A DNA stretch of 64,000 bases from positions 576,001 to 640,000 of the forward strand of contig OY762428.1 of the NCBI GenBank assembly GCA_963665665.1, in the 5' to 3' direction. Under the pieces are notes generated by a model that was not told the origin of the DNA, did not search any database, and saw nothing but the letters and a program-made list of their open reading frames with translations. Position numbers and translations under genes: made by a program. Source of the DNA: Candidatus Kapaibacterium sp. GTDB taxonomy: Bacteria > Bacteroidota > Ignavibacteria > Kapaibacteriales > UBA2268. This document shows, piece by piece, positions 10,710-19,888 of the stretch (positions are counted from its first letter, which is position 1; each line of letters starts with the position of its first letter).

Positions 10710-11129
10710 TTAACTCAACAGGAATACCATTCTGAGCGTGGTACCCTCAGGCCCTGATTGGTAATTAACTTCGTCCATCAGTGTTTTAATCAAAAAAACC
10801 CCTCGCCCGCTGGCTTTCATAAGGTTTTCAGGCTGCCTTGGGTCAGCAACTTCCTCATGGTTGAATCCGCTGCCTTCATCCTGTATAGTAATTTGAATCT
10901 CACTGCCGGTAGCCTTAATATGGAAGTAAACTTTTTTATCGGGATTCTGATCATTCCCGTGGCAAATAGCATTATTCAAGGCTTCAGTAACAGCAATAAG
11001 CAAGTTATAAAATTTCTCGTCCGGAATATCTACTTTTTTCCGGATATCATAAAAAAGCGGTTCTACAATCTGTACAGATTTTTTATCGCTTTCGAGTTGT
11101 TTTTCTATTTCAAACAGAATTTTTTCCAT
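10710..11129 (-). CDS. RsbW/SpoIIAB-type anti-sigma factor (HATPase_c_2)
   Basis: AVTEALNNAICHGN, DEGSGF, GRGVFLIKTLMDEV. Confidence 0.92.
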   Translation of the reverse strand: MEKILFEIEKQLESDKKSVQIVEPLFYDIRKKVDIPDEKFYNLLIAVTEALNNAICHGNDQNPDKKVYFHIKATGSEIQITIQDEGSGFNHEEVADPRQPENLMKASGRGVFLIKTLMDEVNYQSGPEGTTLRMVFLLS

Positions 11130-11192
11130 GTTATAAAAATAGTAAAAATTAATAATACTATCACCATATTATAAGGATTTTTTTATCAACAT

Positions 11193-12665
11193 TTACAGTA
11201 ATGTTCCCTGCCCGAGAATCCCTTCGGGATCAAATACTTTTTTAATCTCTTTCATACAGTGTATTTTGTCTTCATCGTACAAAATTCCAAAATATTTTTT
11301 CTTTAATTTTCCTATCCCGTGTTCCGCCGAAATTGTTCCGCCTCTTTTCACACTCCAATCAAGTACATTCCTGTATATTTCCTCTGCCTGTTTCTTTTCC
11401 TGATCATTTTTTGGAAACAGGTTCGCATGAAGGTGACAATTACCAATATGCCCGAAAATGCATGATGTCAGGCCTGAATCATTAAATGATTTGTCCAGAT
11501 AATTGAAAAACTCTCTGAAATCATCAAGTTGAACAGCAGTATCAGTTGCCGTTTTAAGAAGCGCACCCCGGCTAATTATATCCTGGATCTTCAGGGGCAG
11601 CGAATGCCTGAACTCTGATAATTTTTCTTCTGTATGCGGATCGATTGCAAACCAGGTATCATCGGCATAGGCAGTATATTTATTTATCAAATCGTAATAC
11701 TGTTCAATAAGTTCATCTTCGCGAGCAAGCACACATTCCTGCTCGAACCAAACAGCACCGGTCGTATTAGCAGGTATTTCCGGGAAATCCTGACGTAAAA
11801 GGTCAAGAGCTTTGTAGTCAAAAAATTCAATTAGCCTTGGCGAAATAGCAGTTAATTCAGCAAACTCCTTATCCCTGTTTTCAGCACCATTGTATCGCAA
11901 TTCATCAATAAAATCAAGCATATTGTTTCTTTTATCGAAGAATACTATTCCACCGAATACTTTTTCCGGAGCATCAATAAATCGGAGAGTTATTGATTTG
12001 ATCAACGCGAGTGTACCTTCGGACCCAATAAAAAGATCAATAGCATCCATAGCCGGTCGTAAATAGTATCCGGCAGAATGTTTGGTTGTGGGCATATCAA
12101 TATCTTTAAAAGGCACATCATAGAAATTACCGTCGGATTTTTTAATTCTAATGGACCCCATACGTTCAAAGGTTTGTCCTCTTTTTATCTCAATTTCTTC
12201 TCCGTCTGCCATTACAAGCTCTAACGACTCCACAAATTCCCTTGTTGGCCCGTATCGAAAGGTCCGGGCCCCGGAAGCATTGGTGGCAGTATTTCCACCT
12301 ATTGAACTATTGTATTCAGTTGGATTCGGAGGGTAAAACCACCCCTTAGTGGATAAAAAGTCGTTAAGTTCCTTAAGTGTTACTCCCGGATCAACTTTAA
12401 TGGTTTTATTTTCCTCATCCGGCAGATATATTGTTTTAAGCTTTTCCATTGAAATCAATGCCCCGCCAAGAGGAACACCACTGCCTGTAAGCCCCGTTCT
12501 GGAACCGGAAACAGTTAGCGGAATATTTCGGCTCCGGCAATTTTTTACAGCCATAGATATTTCATCGGGGGTTTCCGGAATAAAAATAATTTCGGCACTA
12601 CCATGAAAATTTGACGCATCTTTAAGAAAATCATGCATTTCATCCGATTGTTCTTTTATTACCAT
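11193..12665 (-). CDS. FAD-linked oxidase/dehydrogenase (GlcD / D-lactate dehydrogenase family)
   Basis: GGNTATNASG, GSEGTL, GHIGNCHLH, GTISAEHGIG. Confidence 0.92.
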   Translation of the reverse strand: MVIKEQSDEMHDFLKDASNFHGSAEIIFIPETPDEISMAVKNCRSRNIPLTVSGSRTGLTGSGVPLGGALISMEKLKTIYLPDEENKTIKVDPGVTLKELNDFLSTKGWFYPPNPTEYNSSIGGNTATNASGARTFRYGPTREFVESLELVMADGEEIEIKRGQTFERMGSIRIKKSDGNFYDVPFKDIDMPTTKHSAGYYLRPAMDAIDLFIGSEGTLALIKSITLRFIDAPEKVFGGIVFFDKRNNMLDFIDELRYNGAENRDKEFAELTAISPRLIEFFDYKALDLLRQDFPEIPANTTGAVWFEQECVLAREDELIEQYYDLINKYTAYADDTWFAIDPHTEEKLSEFRHSLPLKIQDIISRGALLKTATDTAVQLDDFREFFNYLDKSFNDSGLTSCIFGHIGNCHLHANLFPKNDQEKKQAEEIYRNVLDWSVKRGGTISAEHGIGKLKKKYFGILYDEDKIHCMKEIKKVFDPEGILGQGTLL

Positions 12666-12767
12666 TATTGATTTCCGAATTTTGAAAAATTTTTGTGCTT
12701 AACATAACAATTTTTTGTTATCTTTAACAGATGTTGTGCAAAAAAAATCCCGGAATTGATCTTTAAC

Positions 12768-14750
12768 ATGAAAAAATTCATCATACTGCTGATAGTCTCG
12801 TATTTTTTGTCGTATATTCATGCGGCAGCTGCCGAAAAGACACTGAATAATGAAAGAATAGCCATTCACCCTAAGATTGGTTACCTGTTTAATTTTCATA
12901 CTGCTGATTTTTATCGGTTCAAGGGCGCAATCGATTGTGGATTATTCAAATCCGGTTCTGGTAGCGGCCTGACAGCATCACTGTCTGTTGAATATCCGTT
13001 AAGTGACAATTTGAAAATTTCACTTGGCGCCGGATGGTTTGACAGAAGCGGCCTGCTAAAAGTTTCGAATTCTTTTCTTTCCCGGGATTCTGTACTGATG
13101 GAACCGGTTGAAGTTCAAACAGATAACAAAATGGATGCAACACTGCCATTTATCGAAATTATGCCGGGAATAAGGTATACCTTAACGGATAAATTCATTT
13201 CCGGGCCACTCAGGTTAAATGCCGATCTCAGGTTCGGTTTTTCTTCGGGCGCTACATTCAGGCAAAGCGAAGAGATAGTTTCTCCGAACAACGTGGTTTT
13301 CATTTATGATGGCAAAAATTTAAGGGAAAGAGAAATTGCATCAGGAGATATTGCACCAATAGCTTCTCCCGTTACAGGTATCAGTTTCGGGCTTGAAAAT
13401 CTGCTGAAAGTTGGTAAAAGCAGCCATTTTTCACAAAGTATTGTGTTTGATTATAACTTAACTAATTTTGTTAAAGATGTAACCTGGAAATCAGCAGCGC
13501 TCAGGCTTGAGCTGGGGCTGCGTCTCGGAATAAAACGAAAAGAAGCTCCTATTACGGAGCCTCCTGCCGAAGAACCTGTAAAAGATATTGAAAAACCTGT
13601 TATAGCAAAAGAAGATAAAAAAGAAATAGAAAAAGAAAAAAAGATCATACCGCCACCTCCGCCACCACCGGACCCTGTATTGGATGTGGAGATTACTGAT
13701 TATAAATTTGAAATTCTTACCGGCAATGAATTAACTGCTACGGTGCCACTGGTAAATGCAGTATTTTTTGACAGGAATTCAGATAAAATTCCTGACGAAT
13801 ACATTATCAAAAGCGGAAATGATTTTGAAAATATTGATGATGCAATAGATATCCATTATTATTTATTCCAGAGAATTGCTGATATTGTAAAACGAAATCC
13901 CGAAGCTGAGATAACTCTGGAAGGCGCTACGTCCGGCAAGGACAATGAACCGGCAGGAACAAGCCTGGCAAAGGCAAGGGCAGAATCAGCCAAAGATGCA
14001 CTGATCAAATGTGGTGTTCCTGGAAATATTATCACAATAAGGTATCGGATTTACCCCAGAATATTATCTAATCAGGATTTTGAGGAGGGAGCTATCGAAA
14101 ATCAGAGAGTAGATATAATATTGAAAAATGCTCCTACTCAGGAATATGTAAATATTCAGAATTATGCTGAATTGCAGGGTGATTATCAGGTAAAACCGAG
14201 ATATGCCAATATTCCGGAAGGCAGGAAGCCAAGCCTGAAAGGATTTAGGAATTTTATTAAAGAAGTGGAACACGACTCTCCTGTTAAAATACCTGTTCTA
14301 AAACGCCTTGCAAATGATGAAGAAGTATTAAACCTTAAAGCTGTTCTGAATTTTGAAACTAAGACAGCTGAAGCTGATAAAGATATTGATATTTCGGATA
14401 TTGAAAGCCGCCAGGTTGAACTTAATTTGGATAATTTTGAAGCTATTCTGCGCTTTGATTATAATTCTTCAGAATTAAGTTCTGAAAACAAAGAGCTTCT
14501 AAGGCAGCTTACAGAAAAATTACCCGAAGGAAGCAGCATAATAATATACGGATCGGCAGACGCACTTGGAACCGAACAACGTAATGTTCAGCTTGAAACA
14601 GAAAGAGCAGGAAAAACAAGAAAGTTTATCGAATCCGTTGCTCCCGGCAAATTTACTATTACTGCAAGCAGGGGTAGTGAAAAATATAATGAAGCAACTC
14701 CTCAGGGTCGTTTCCTTAACAGATCCATACGTCTGAGAGTTAAAGATTGA
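12768..14750 (+). CDS. OmpA-family protein: N-terminal barrel, Pro-rich linker, two OmpA-like domains
   Basis: Signal peptide; PPPPPPP linker; LAKARA...ENQRV and FDYNSSEL...GRFLNR motifs. Confidence 0.85.
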   Translation: MKKFIILLIVSYFLSYIHAAAAEKTLNNERIAIHPKIGYLFNFHTADFYRFKGAIDCGLFKSGSGSGLTASLSVEYPLSDNLKISLGAGWFDRSGLLKVSNSFLSRDSVLMEPVEVQTDNKMDATLPFIEIMPGIRYTLTDKFISGPLRLNADLRFGFSSGATFRQSEEIVSPNNVVFIYDGKNLREREIASGDIAPIASPVTGISFGLENLLKVGKSSHFSQSIVFDYNLTNFVKDVTWKSAALRLELGLRLGIKRKEAPITEPPAEEPVKDIEKPVIAKEDKKEIEKEKKIIPPPPPPPDPVLDVEITDYKFEILTGNELTATVPLVNAVFFDRNSDKIPDEYIIKSGNDFENIDDAIDIHYYLFQRIADIVKRNPEAEITLEGATSGKDNEPAGTSLAKARAESAKDALIKCGVPGNIITIRYRIYPRILSNQDFEEGAIENQRVDIILKNAPTQEYVNIQNYAELQGDYQVKPRYANIPEGRKPSLKGFRNFIKEVEHDSPVKIPVLKRLANDEEVLNLKAVLNFETKTAEADKDIDISDIESRQVELNLDNFEAILRFDYNSSELSSENKELLRQLTEKLPEGSSIIIYGSADALGTEQRNVQLETERAGKTRKFIESVAPGKFTITASRGSEKYNEATPQGRFLNRSIRLRVKD

Positions 14751-14935
14751 TTTTTTAAAATTTATCCTGAAAACAGATAAAAAGTTGATTTATTTCCGGG
14801 AATTTGTATCATATTGCGGAAAAGAATAAGCGGAAATATTTATTTATCCCGATAGTAATTTTATAACGCAACTTTATTTTCAAACCGCCGTACTTATTAC
14901 TAAAGGGTTATGATAAGTATCGAAGGAAAAAGAAA

Positions 14936-15409
14936 ATGGAAAAATTGAAACGAAGCAGCAAACAGAAAATTTTTGCCGGAGTATGCGGCGGTATCGGAGA
15001 ATATTTTGATGTTGACCCGGTAGTTGTAAGAGCAATTTTCATTCTAACAGCTCTTTTCGGTTTCGGAACAAGTATCCTGGTATATTTTGTACTTTGGATA
15101 ATCGTTCCTAAGCAGTACGATTATGTAACTGTGAACACAGGGCCGGAAAACGATGAATATATTGTTGACGAAAATTATGTTCCGGGAAGTGAAGACTCTT
15201 TTGAAAATGAATATAACGAACAAAATGAAACAAAAAAACAGAAAAGAAACCTATTTGGTGGCATACTTCTGATCTTTATCGGTTTGCTATTTCTGCTGAA
15301 CCAGTTAGCGCCATGGGTTGAGTTTTCGATGTTCTGGCCGCTTGCACTAATAGCGTTCGGTTCATACATAATGTTTAAAAATATAAATAAGACTGCTGAG
15401 GTGAAGTAA
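14936..15409 (+). CDS. pspC: PspC-domain protein
   Basis: LKRS...FAGVCGGIGEYFDVDPVVVR; C-terminal GILLIFIG/WP helices. Confidence 0.9.
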   Translation: MEKLKRSSKQKIFAGVCGGIGEYFDVDPVVVRAIFILTALFGFGTSILVYFVLWIIVPKQYDYVTVNTGPENDEYIVDENYVPGSEDSFENEYNEQNETKKQKRNLFGGILLIFIGLLFLLNQLAPWVEFSMFWPLALIAFGSYIMFKNINKTAEVK

Positions 15410-15410
15410 T

Positions 15411-16367
15411 ATGAAACCGAGTGCAATATTTTGGGGAGCTTTGCTCGTATTCCTTGGGCTATTTTTTCTTCTGAATAATTTCGGAATAACCAATATAGTA
15501 TTTGCTGATATTATCGACTACTGGCCACTTATTCTAATCTTTTGGGGAGTTTCTCTTCTGAAAGTACCAGTATATGTTAAAGGAATTCTTGCCGGATTGA
15601 GCGCATTATTGATTTCTCTGATAATAATTGGCTCGATTACCACACCATACAGGTTTATATCCGATAATATTGACGATATTGAAGCGCTGGCTGAAGCTGC
15701 AGAGTTTGATGAATTTGATTGTGACGACATAGCTTCCTCAAGCTTTTCAATCAATTACGAAGAGAATGTAAAAACTGCCGAACTTGATTTTACGGGAGCT
15801 GCCGGTGAAATATATTTCGATACACTCTCGGACAACACCCGTCTTGTTGTTGTTAATACAAGAGGATTTACCAATGGTGGTAAGATTTCTTCTGAAATAG
15901 ATAATGATGTTGCTGAGGTTAAATTTCGTTTATCACAGGGCGGGCATTTCATAAAACACGCTCATCATGATAACGAAGCGATCGTAAAATTAAACCCTGA
16001 TCCTGACTGGCACATGAAAATGAAAGTTGGTGCAGCTAATGCAGTTTGCGATCTTACTCCGTTTAAACTCCACAGCTTGAAACTAAATGCCAAAGCAGCA
16101 GATATCAATCTAAAAATTGGCGACAAACAGGAATTTAGCGAAATTCAGATAGATGCCGGTGTCTCAAATATTGAAATTGAAGTTCCTGAAGAAGCCGGAT
16201 GTGAAATAACATACAAAACCGGGCTGTCGAGCAGAGATTTTTACGGATTCAAATCTGTAGGAAACAACAGGTATATATCTGAGAATTATGATGATAGCAA
16301 GAAAAAGATTAGCATAAGGATAAAAGGCGGAGTATCAAATTTCGAGGTAAGCAGGTATTCGAAATAA
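15411..16367 (+). CDS. LiaF/LiaG-like membrane protein (DUF5668 N-terminus plus adhesin-like domain)
   Basis: IFWGALLVFLG...YWPLILI; translationally coupled to pspC. Confidence 0.75.
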   Translation: MKPSAIFWGALLVFLGLFFLLNNFGITNIVFADIIDYWPLILIFWGVSLLKVPVYVKGILAGLSALLISLIIIGSITTPYRFISDNIDDIEALAEAAEFDEFDCDDIASSSFSINYEENVKTAELDFTGAAGEIYFDTLSDNTRLVVVNTRGFTNGGKISSEIDNDVAEVKFRLSQGGHFIKHAHHDNEAIVKLNPDPDWHMKMKVGAANAVCDLTPFKLHSLKLNAKAADINLKIGDKQEFSEIQIDAGVSNIEIEVPEEAGCEITYKTGLSSRDFYGFKSVGNNRYISENYDDSKKKISIRIKGGVSNFEVSRYSK

Positions 16368-16378
16368 TTTAACAAATT

Positions 16379-16993
16379 TCAACGATACAATCCTTTCTTA
16401 TAAATATATTTCTCAACTCCTTCCGGGACTAACCCATTTATAGTTCCGGATTTTTTTATAATGTCCCTGATTTCTGACGAAGAAATATTAATCATTGGGG
16501 AATTCAGAAATATCGGAGCTGTATTTTCTGTTGACAGGTCATTAATTATGGCATTTTTTTCTTCAGCATTAACATACCCTGGACGATCGATAATACATAT
16601 ATTTACATTACTTAGAATATACTGCCATTTTCTCCACTTCCTGAATAATCCTGGATGGTCGCCACCGATAAGAAGGAAAAGTTGTGCTCCGGGATATTTT
16701 CCCCTGAGATATTCAACCGTATCAGCAGTATAAGATATTCCGCCTTTGTCAATTTCATAGCTTTCAATTTCAGGCTTATTATCAGTAAATTCATTAACAA
16801 ATATATCTAACATTTCAAGCCTGCTGATATTATCTGCAATATCATTTCTTAAATCTTTCTTGAAAGGAGAAACTGCAGCGGGTATAAGCAGCAACCTATC
16901 CAGATTCATTTCTTTAATGAAAGATTTCGCTATTTCAAAATGCCCGATATGCACGGGATTGAAACTGCCACCGAATATTCCGATTTTATTCAT
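16379..16993 (-). CDS. nadD: Nicotinate-nucleotide adenylyltransferase
   Basis: GIFGGSFNPVHIGH, SYTADT, ISSSEIR. Confidence 0.97.
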   Translation of the reverse strand: MNKIGIFGGSFNPVHIGHFEIAKSFIKEMNLDRLLLIPAAVSPFKKDLRNDIADNISRLEMLDIFVNEFTDNKPEIESYEIDKGGISYTADTVEYLRGKYPGAQLFLLIGGDHPGLFRKWRKWQYILSNVNICIIDRPGYVNAEEKNAIINDLSTENTAPIFLNSPMINISSSEIRDIIKKSGTINGLVPEGVEKYIYKKGLYR

Positions 16994-17027
16994 GGATGTA
17001 ATAATAATAATTTTTCTGATTTAACAC

Positions 17028-17060
17028 AAAAAAAAAGGCCTAAGTTTGTTACTTGGCCTT
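17028..17060 (-). terminator. Intrinsic terminator upstream of nadD, closing a short minus-strand unit
   Basis: aaggcc...ggcctt stem with a 9-nt U tail on the minus strand. Confidence 0.75.
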
Positions 17061-17243
17061 TATAAGCTGCTTTTGTACAGGGGGACTTAGTCAGGTTTTA
17101 CCATTTTGTACATTTTATTCATATATCAAATCCAAGACAGCTCTTCCCTTACGTAATCGGATTATCATCTTCATCCCAATCTCTTTCAGCCTTGCTTTTT
17201 ATATTTTCCTGACTAAACAGCAGCAAATTTTTACAACTTCTGT

Positions 17244-17351
17244 TTATACGAGAATTCCGAATAAAAGAATCGAAAGTATTGCCAGTATAAATACTACTGA
17301 CGAGGAAATATCGCGTACTTTCCTTGATACCGGTGTTGTGTATTCAGTCAT
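17244..17351 (-). CDS. Putative 35-aa single-pass membrane microprotein (below the ORF-track cutoff)
   Basis: MTEYTTPVSRKVRDISSSVVFILAILSILLFGILV*; purine-rich AGGAAAGGG upstream. Confidence 0.55.
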   Translation of the reverse strand: MTEYTTPVSRKVRDISSSVVFILAILSILLFGILV

Positions 17352-17473
17352 TTTATTGCCCTTTCCTGTATGTCTTCAATCATTACCAAAGCTCTGGTTG
17401 AAATATACTCAGTAACAGTTATTAATTCAATAGCTGAAACAATGATTTTATTGTAGTATATAGGATGTGGCTA

Positions 17474-17493
17474 TTGTAGTAATACTACTACAA
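17474..17493. promoter_or_regulatory. Perfect inverted repeat TTGTAGTA-N4-TACTACAA, candidate operator
   Basis: 8-4-8 palindrome with an extra half-site TTGTAGTA at 17451. Confidence 0.55.
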
Positions 17494-17548
17494 ACATCAG
17501 GCAGGCAAACAATCTTTATTCCTCAACATGAATTCTATTTGACACACT

Positions 17549-17583
17549 AAAAAAAGAGGCTGCCCCATTTGAAACAGCCCCTT
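17549..17583 (-). terminator. Terminator of the S9 peptidase gene
   Basis: ggctg...cagcc stem plus U run on the minus strand. Confidence 0.7.
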
Positions 17584-17606
17584 AAATATTCATCAATTTT
17601 TCAAAA

Positions 17607-19688
17607 TTATTTTTTGCAGTATTTATCCAGCCACTTGAAAAATTCTGTATTCCAGATAATAAATTCCTGAGGATGAGCAATGAAATGGGTTTCATTCGGG
17701 AAAATAATTATCTTTGAATCTATTCCCTGTGCCTGTGCAGCAGTAAAAGCCTCGAGGCTCTGCGTGTATGGAACACGAAAATCATACTCACCTGTTGTTA
17801 TCAATATTGGAGTATTCCAATTCTGAACGTATTTATGAGGTGAGAATTTCTCGTACTGCTCGCGATTTTCTTTTTCCCAATAGGGGCCGCCATATTCCCA
17901 GTTGGGAAACCACAATTCCTCGGTTGAACCATACATACTTTCAAAGTTAAATACCCCACAATGAGCAATAAATGCTTTAAATCTGTTATCATGGTGGCCG
18001 GCAAGCCAGAATGCAGCATAACCTCCGGCACTTGCTCCAACGGCACAAAGCCCGTCTTTGTCAACATAAGGTTCTTTTGCCATGGCATCGGTTGCGGCAA
18101 GAATATCAGTCATTGGCATTCCACCCCAGTCTTTGCTGATAGCATCATTCCAATCCTGTCCAAAGCCGGGAAGCCCCCTGCGGTTAGGAGCCATAACAAT
18201 ATACCCCTGAGAAGCCATCATGTAGTGATTCCAACGAAAATGGAAACGTGGAGTTATTGTTGACTGCGGCCCACCCTGAAGATAAGTTATCATTGGATAT
18301 TTTTTGTTTGGATCAAAGTTCGGAGGATATAATACCCAGCAGTGAACTTTCTTACCATCCGTAGATTCTACCCATTTCTCTTCAACTTTAATTTTTTCGT
18401 ATTTTATAGTTCTTGAAAAGTTTTCTTTTGTAAGCTGTACCAGTTCGCCACCATTAATTTTCAGCCTGAAATATTCTATGGGGTGCTGAAAATCCTGGCG
18501 TCCAACAACAAGGTAATTTCCGTCAGGAGTAATTTGCATACCACCACCATAATTATAAAACCCCTTGGTCAGCATTTCGTATTTTCCGGAAAGATCAATC
18601 TTATAAACCTGGATGGTAGCATTATCTCCGGCAGTAAAATAAATATTTTTACTATCAGGCGACCAAATATAATCATAAACCCATTGATCCAGATTTTTCG
18701 TAAGATATTCAATTTTCCCCGACTGACGATTATAAAGCATAAGGCGAATTTTGTCTGATTCAAACCCTGCTCTTTCCTGGCTGGTGAATGCTATCCATTT
18801 TCCATCAGGAGAATATTGAGGGAACTTATCAAAACCAGGCATATCTTTGGTAATATTTCTGGTTTTACCGGTATTGATATCAACAAGAAAAATATCTGTA
18901 TTTGTATTCATCTCGTAGTCAGGGGTTTTCTTGCTCGTGTAGGCAATCTGGTTTGATTCAGGCGACCAGGCAATCTCCTCGGCTCCTCCGAATGGTTTTA
19001 CCGGGGTTTCATATATTTCACCGTTCATCAGATCCTTTGCCTTACCACCACCAACAGGCTGAACAAATAAATGAGAATAATACTCATCATTCCAAACACT
19101 CCAGTGCCTTATAGGAAGATCATCGTATATTCTGATCTTTGCCTGGCTATAATCCGGGTATTGCTCTGCAACAGTTTTCTTCATTTGAACATCCGATGTG
19201 TAACAAACATATTTTCCATCCGGAGATATGTGATATGTTTCAACACCATTCGGGGCGTTAGTGATCATTTTTGCGCTGCCATTGGGATATTCGCCCGTAT
19301 AAACCTGGTTGCTTCCACTGCCACTGTTCAAATAAGCAATTTTCTTTCCGTCTTTCATCCAGCTGATACTGCTTTTCCCGTTATTATCTGCCGGGATATT
19401 TTTTCTGTCCTCGCCGTCAATACCAATTGAATACACTTTCGATTTGAATTTATTTGATTTTATATCAGGTATCCTGACGCTGTAAATTAATGTTTTTCCA
19501 TCAGGAGAAAGAACTGGCGACCCGAGTCTGCTTAACGACATCAGATCCTCGGCAGTAAAAATTTTACCTTCATGCTTAGTTGTTTTGGGTATTATATCCT
19601 GTGCATTAAGTGTAATATTCAAAACAAACAGGCCCAAAAATATTATGAAAAGATTTCTCATTCTTTTATCCAAAGATTTATAAAACAA
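17607..19688 (-). CDS. S9-family peptidase (dipeptidyl peptidase 5 / acylaminoacyl peptidase-like)
   Basis: PD40 repeats; GASAGG nucleophile; DFRVP; ETH. Confidence 0.95.
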   Translation of the reverse strand: MFYKSLDKRMRNLFIIFLGLFVLNITLNAQDIIPKTTKHEGKIFTAEDLMSLSRLGSPVLSPDGKTLIYSVRIPDIKSNKFKSKVYSIGIDGEDRKNIPADNNGKSSISWMKDGKKIAYLNSGSGSNQVYTGEYPNGSAKMITNAPNGVETYHISPDGKYVCYTSDVQMKKTVAEQYPDYSQAKIRIYDDLPIRHWSVWNDEYYSHLFVQPVGGGKAKDLMNGEIYETPVKPFGGAEEIAWSPESNQIAYTSKKTPDYEMNTNTDIFLVDINTGKTRNITKDMPGFDKFPQYSPDGKWIAFTSQERAGFESDKIRLMLYNRQSGKIEYLTKNLDQWVYDYIWSPDSKNIYFTAGDNATIQVYKIDLSGKYEMLTKGFYNYGGGMQITPDGNYLVVGRQDFQHPIEYFRLKINGGELVQLTKENFSRTIKYEKIKVEEKWVESTDGKKVHCWVLYPPNFDPNKKYPMITYLQGGPQSTITPRFHFRWNHYMMASQGYIVMAPNRRGLPGFGQDWNDAISKDWGGMPMTDILAATDAMAKEPYVDKDGLCAVGASAGGYAAFWLAGHHDNRFKAFIAHCGVFNFESMYGSTEELWFPNWEYGGPYWEKENREQYEKFSPHKYVQNWNTPILITTGEYDFRVPYTQSLEAFTAAQAQGIDSKIIIFPNETHFIAHPQEFIIWNTEFFKWLDKYCKK

Positions 19689-19845
19689 ATAATTACAAGT
19701 TTATGCAAAATAATCAAAATGGTTGAAAAATTTAGGAATTTTTGGATTTTACAGAAGTAAATGTAAAATCCAAAAGATTCTCCAAGCTATTATCAATTAT
19801 CGATTTTTTTCATCCAGTAAATTTTTTAATCAGCTTTTTATCAAA

Positions 19846-19876
19846 TTTATCCGATGACTTAAAGTCATCGGATAAA
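19846..19876. terminator. Long hairpin just downstream of the NRPS
   Basis: tttatccgatgactt-a-aagtcatcggataaa perfect inverted repeat. Confidence 0.55.
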
Positions 19877-19888
19877 TAACAACATAGA

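Noticed and set aside
17053-17415. 120-aa plus-strand ORF
   Set aside because: No recognisable motif; it starts inside a minus-strand terminator and is antisense to a better small ORF.
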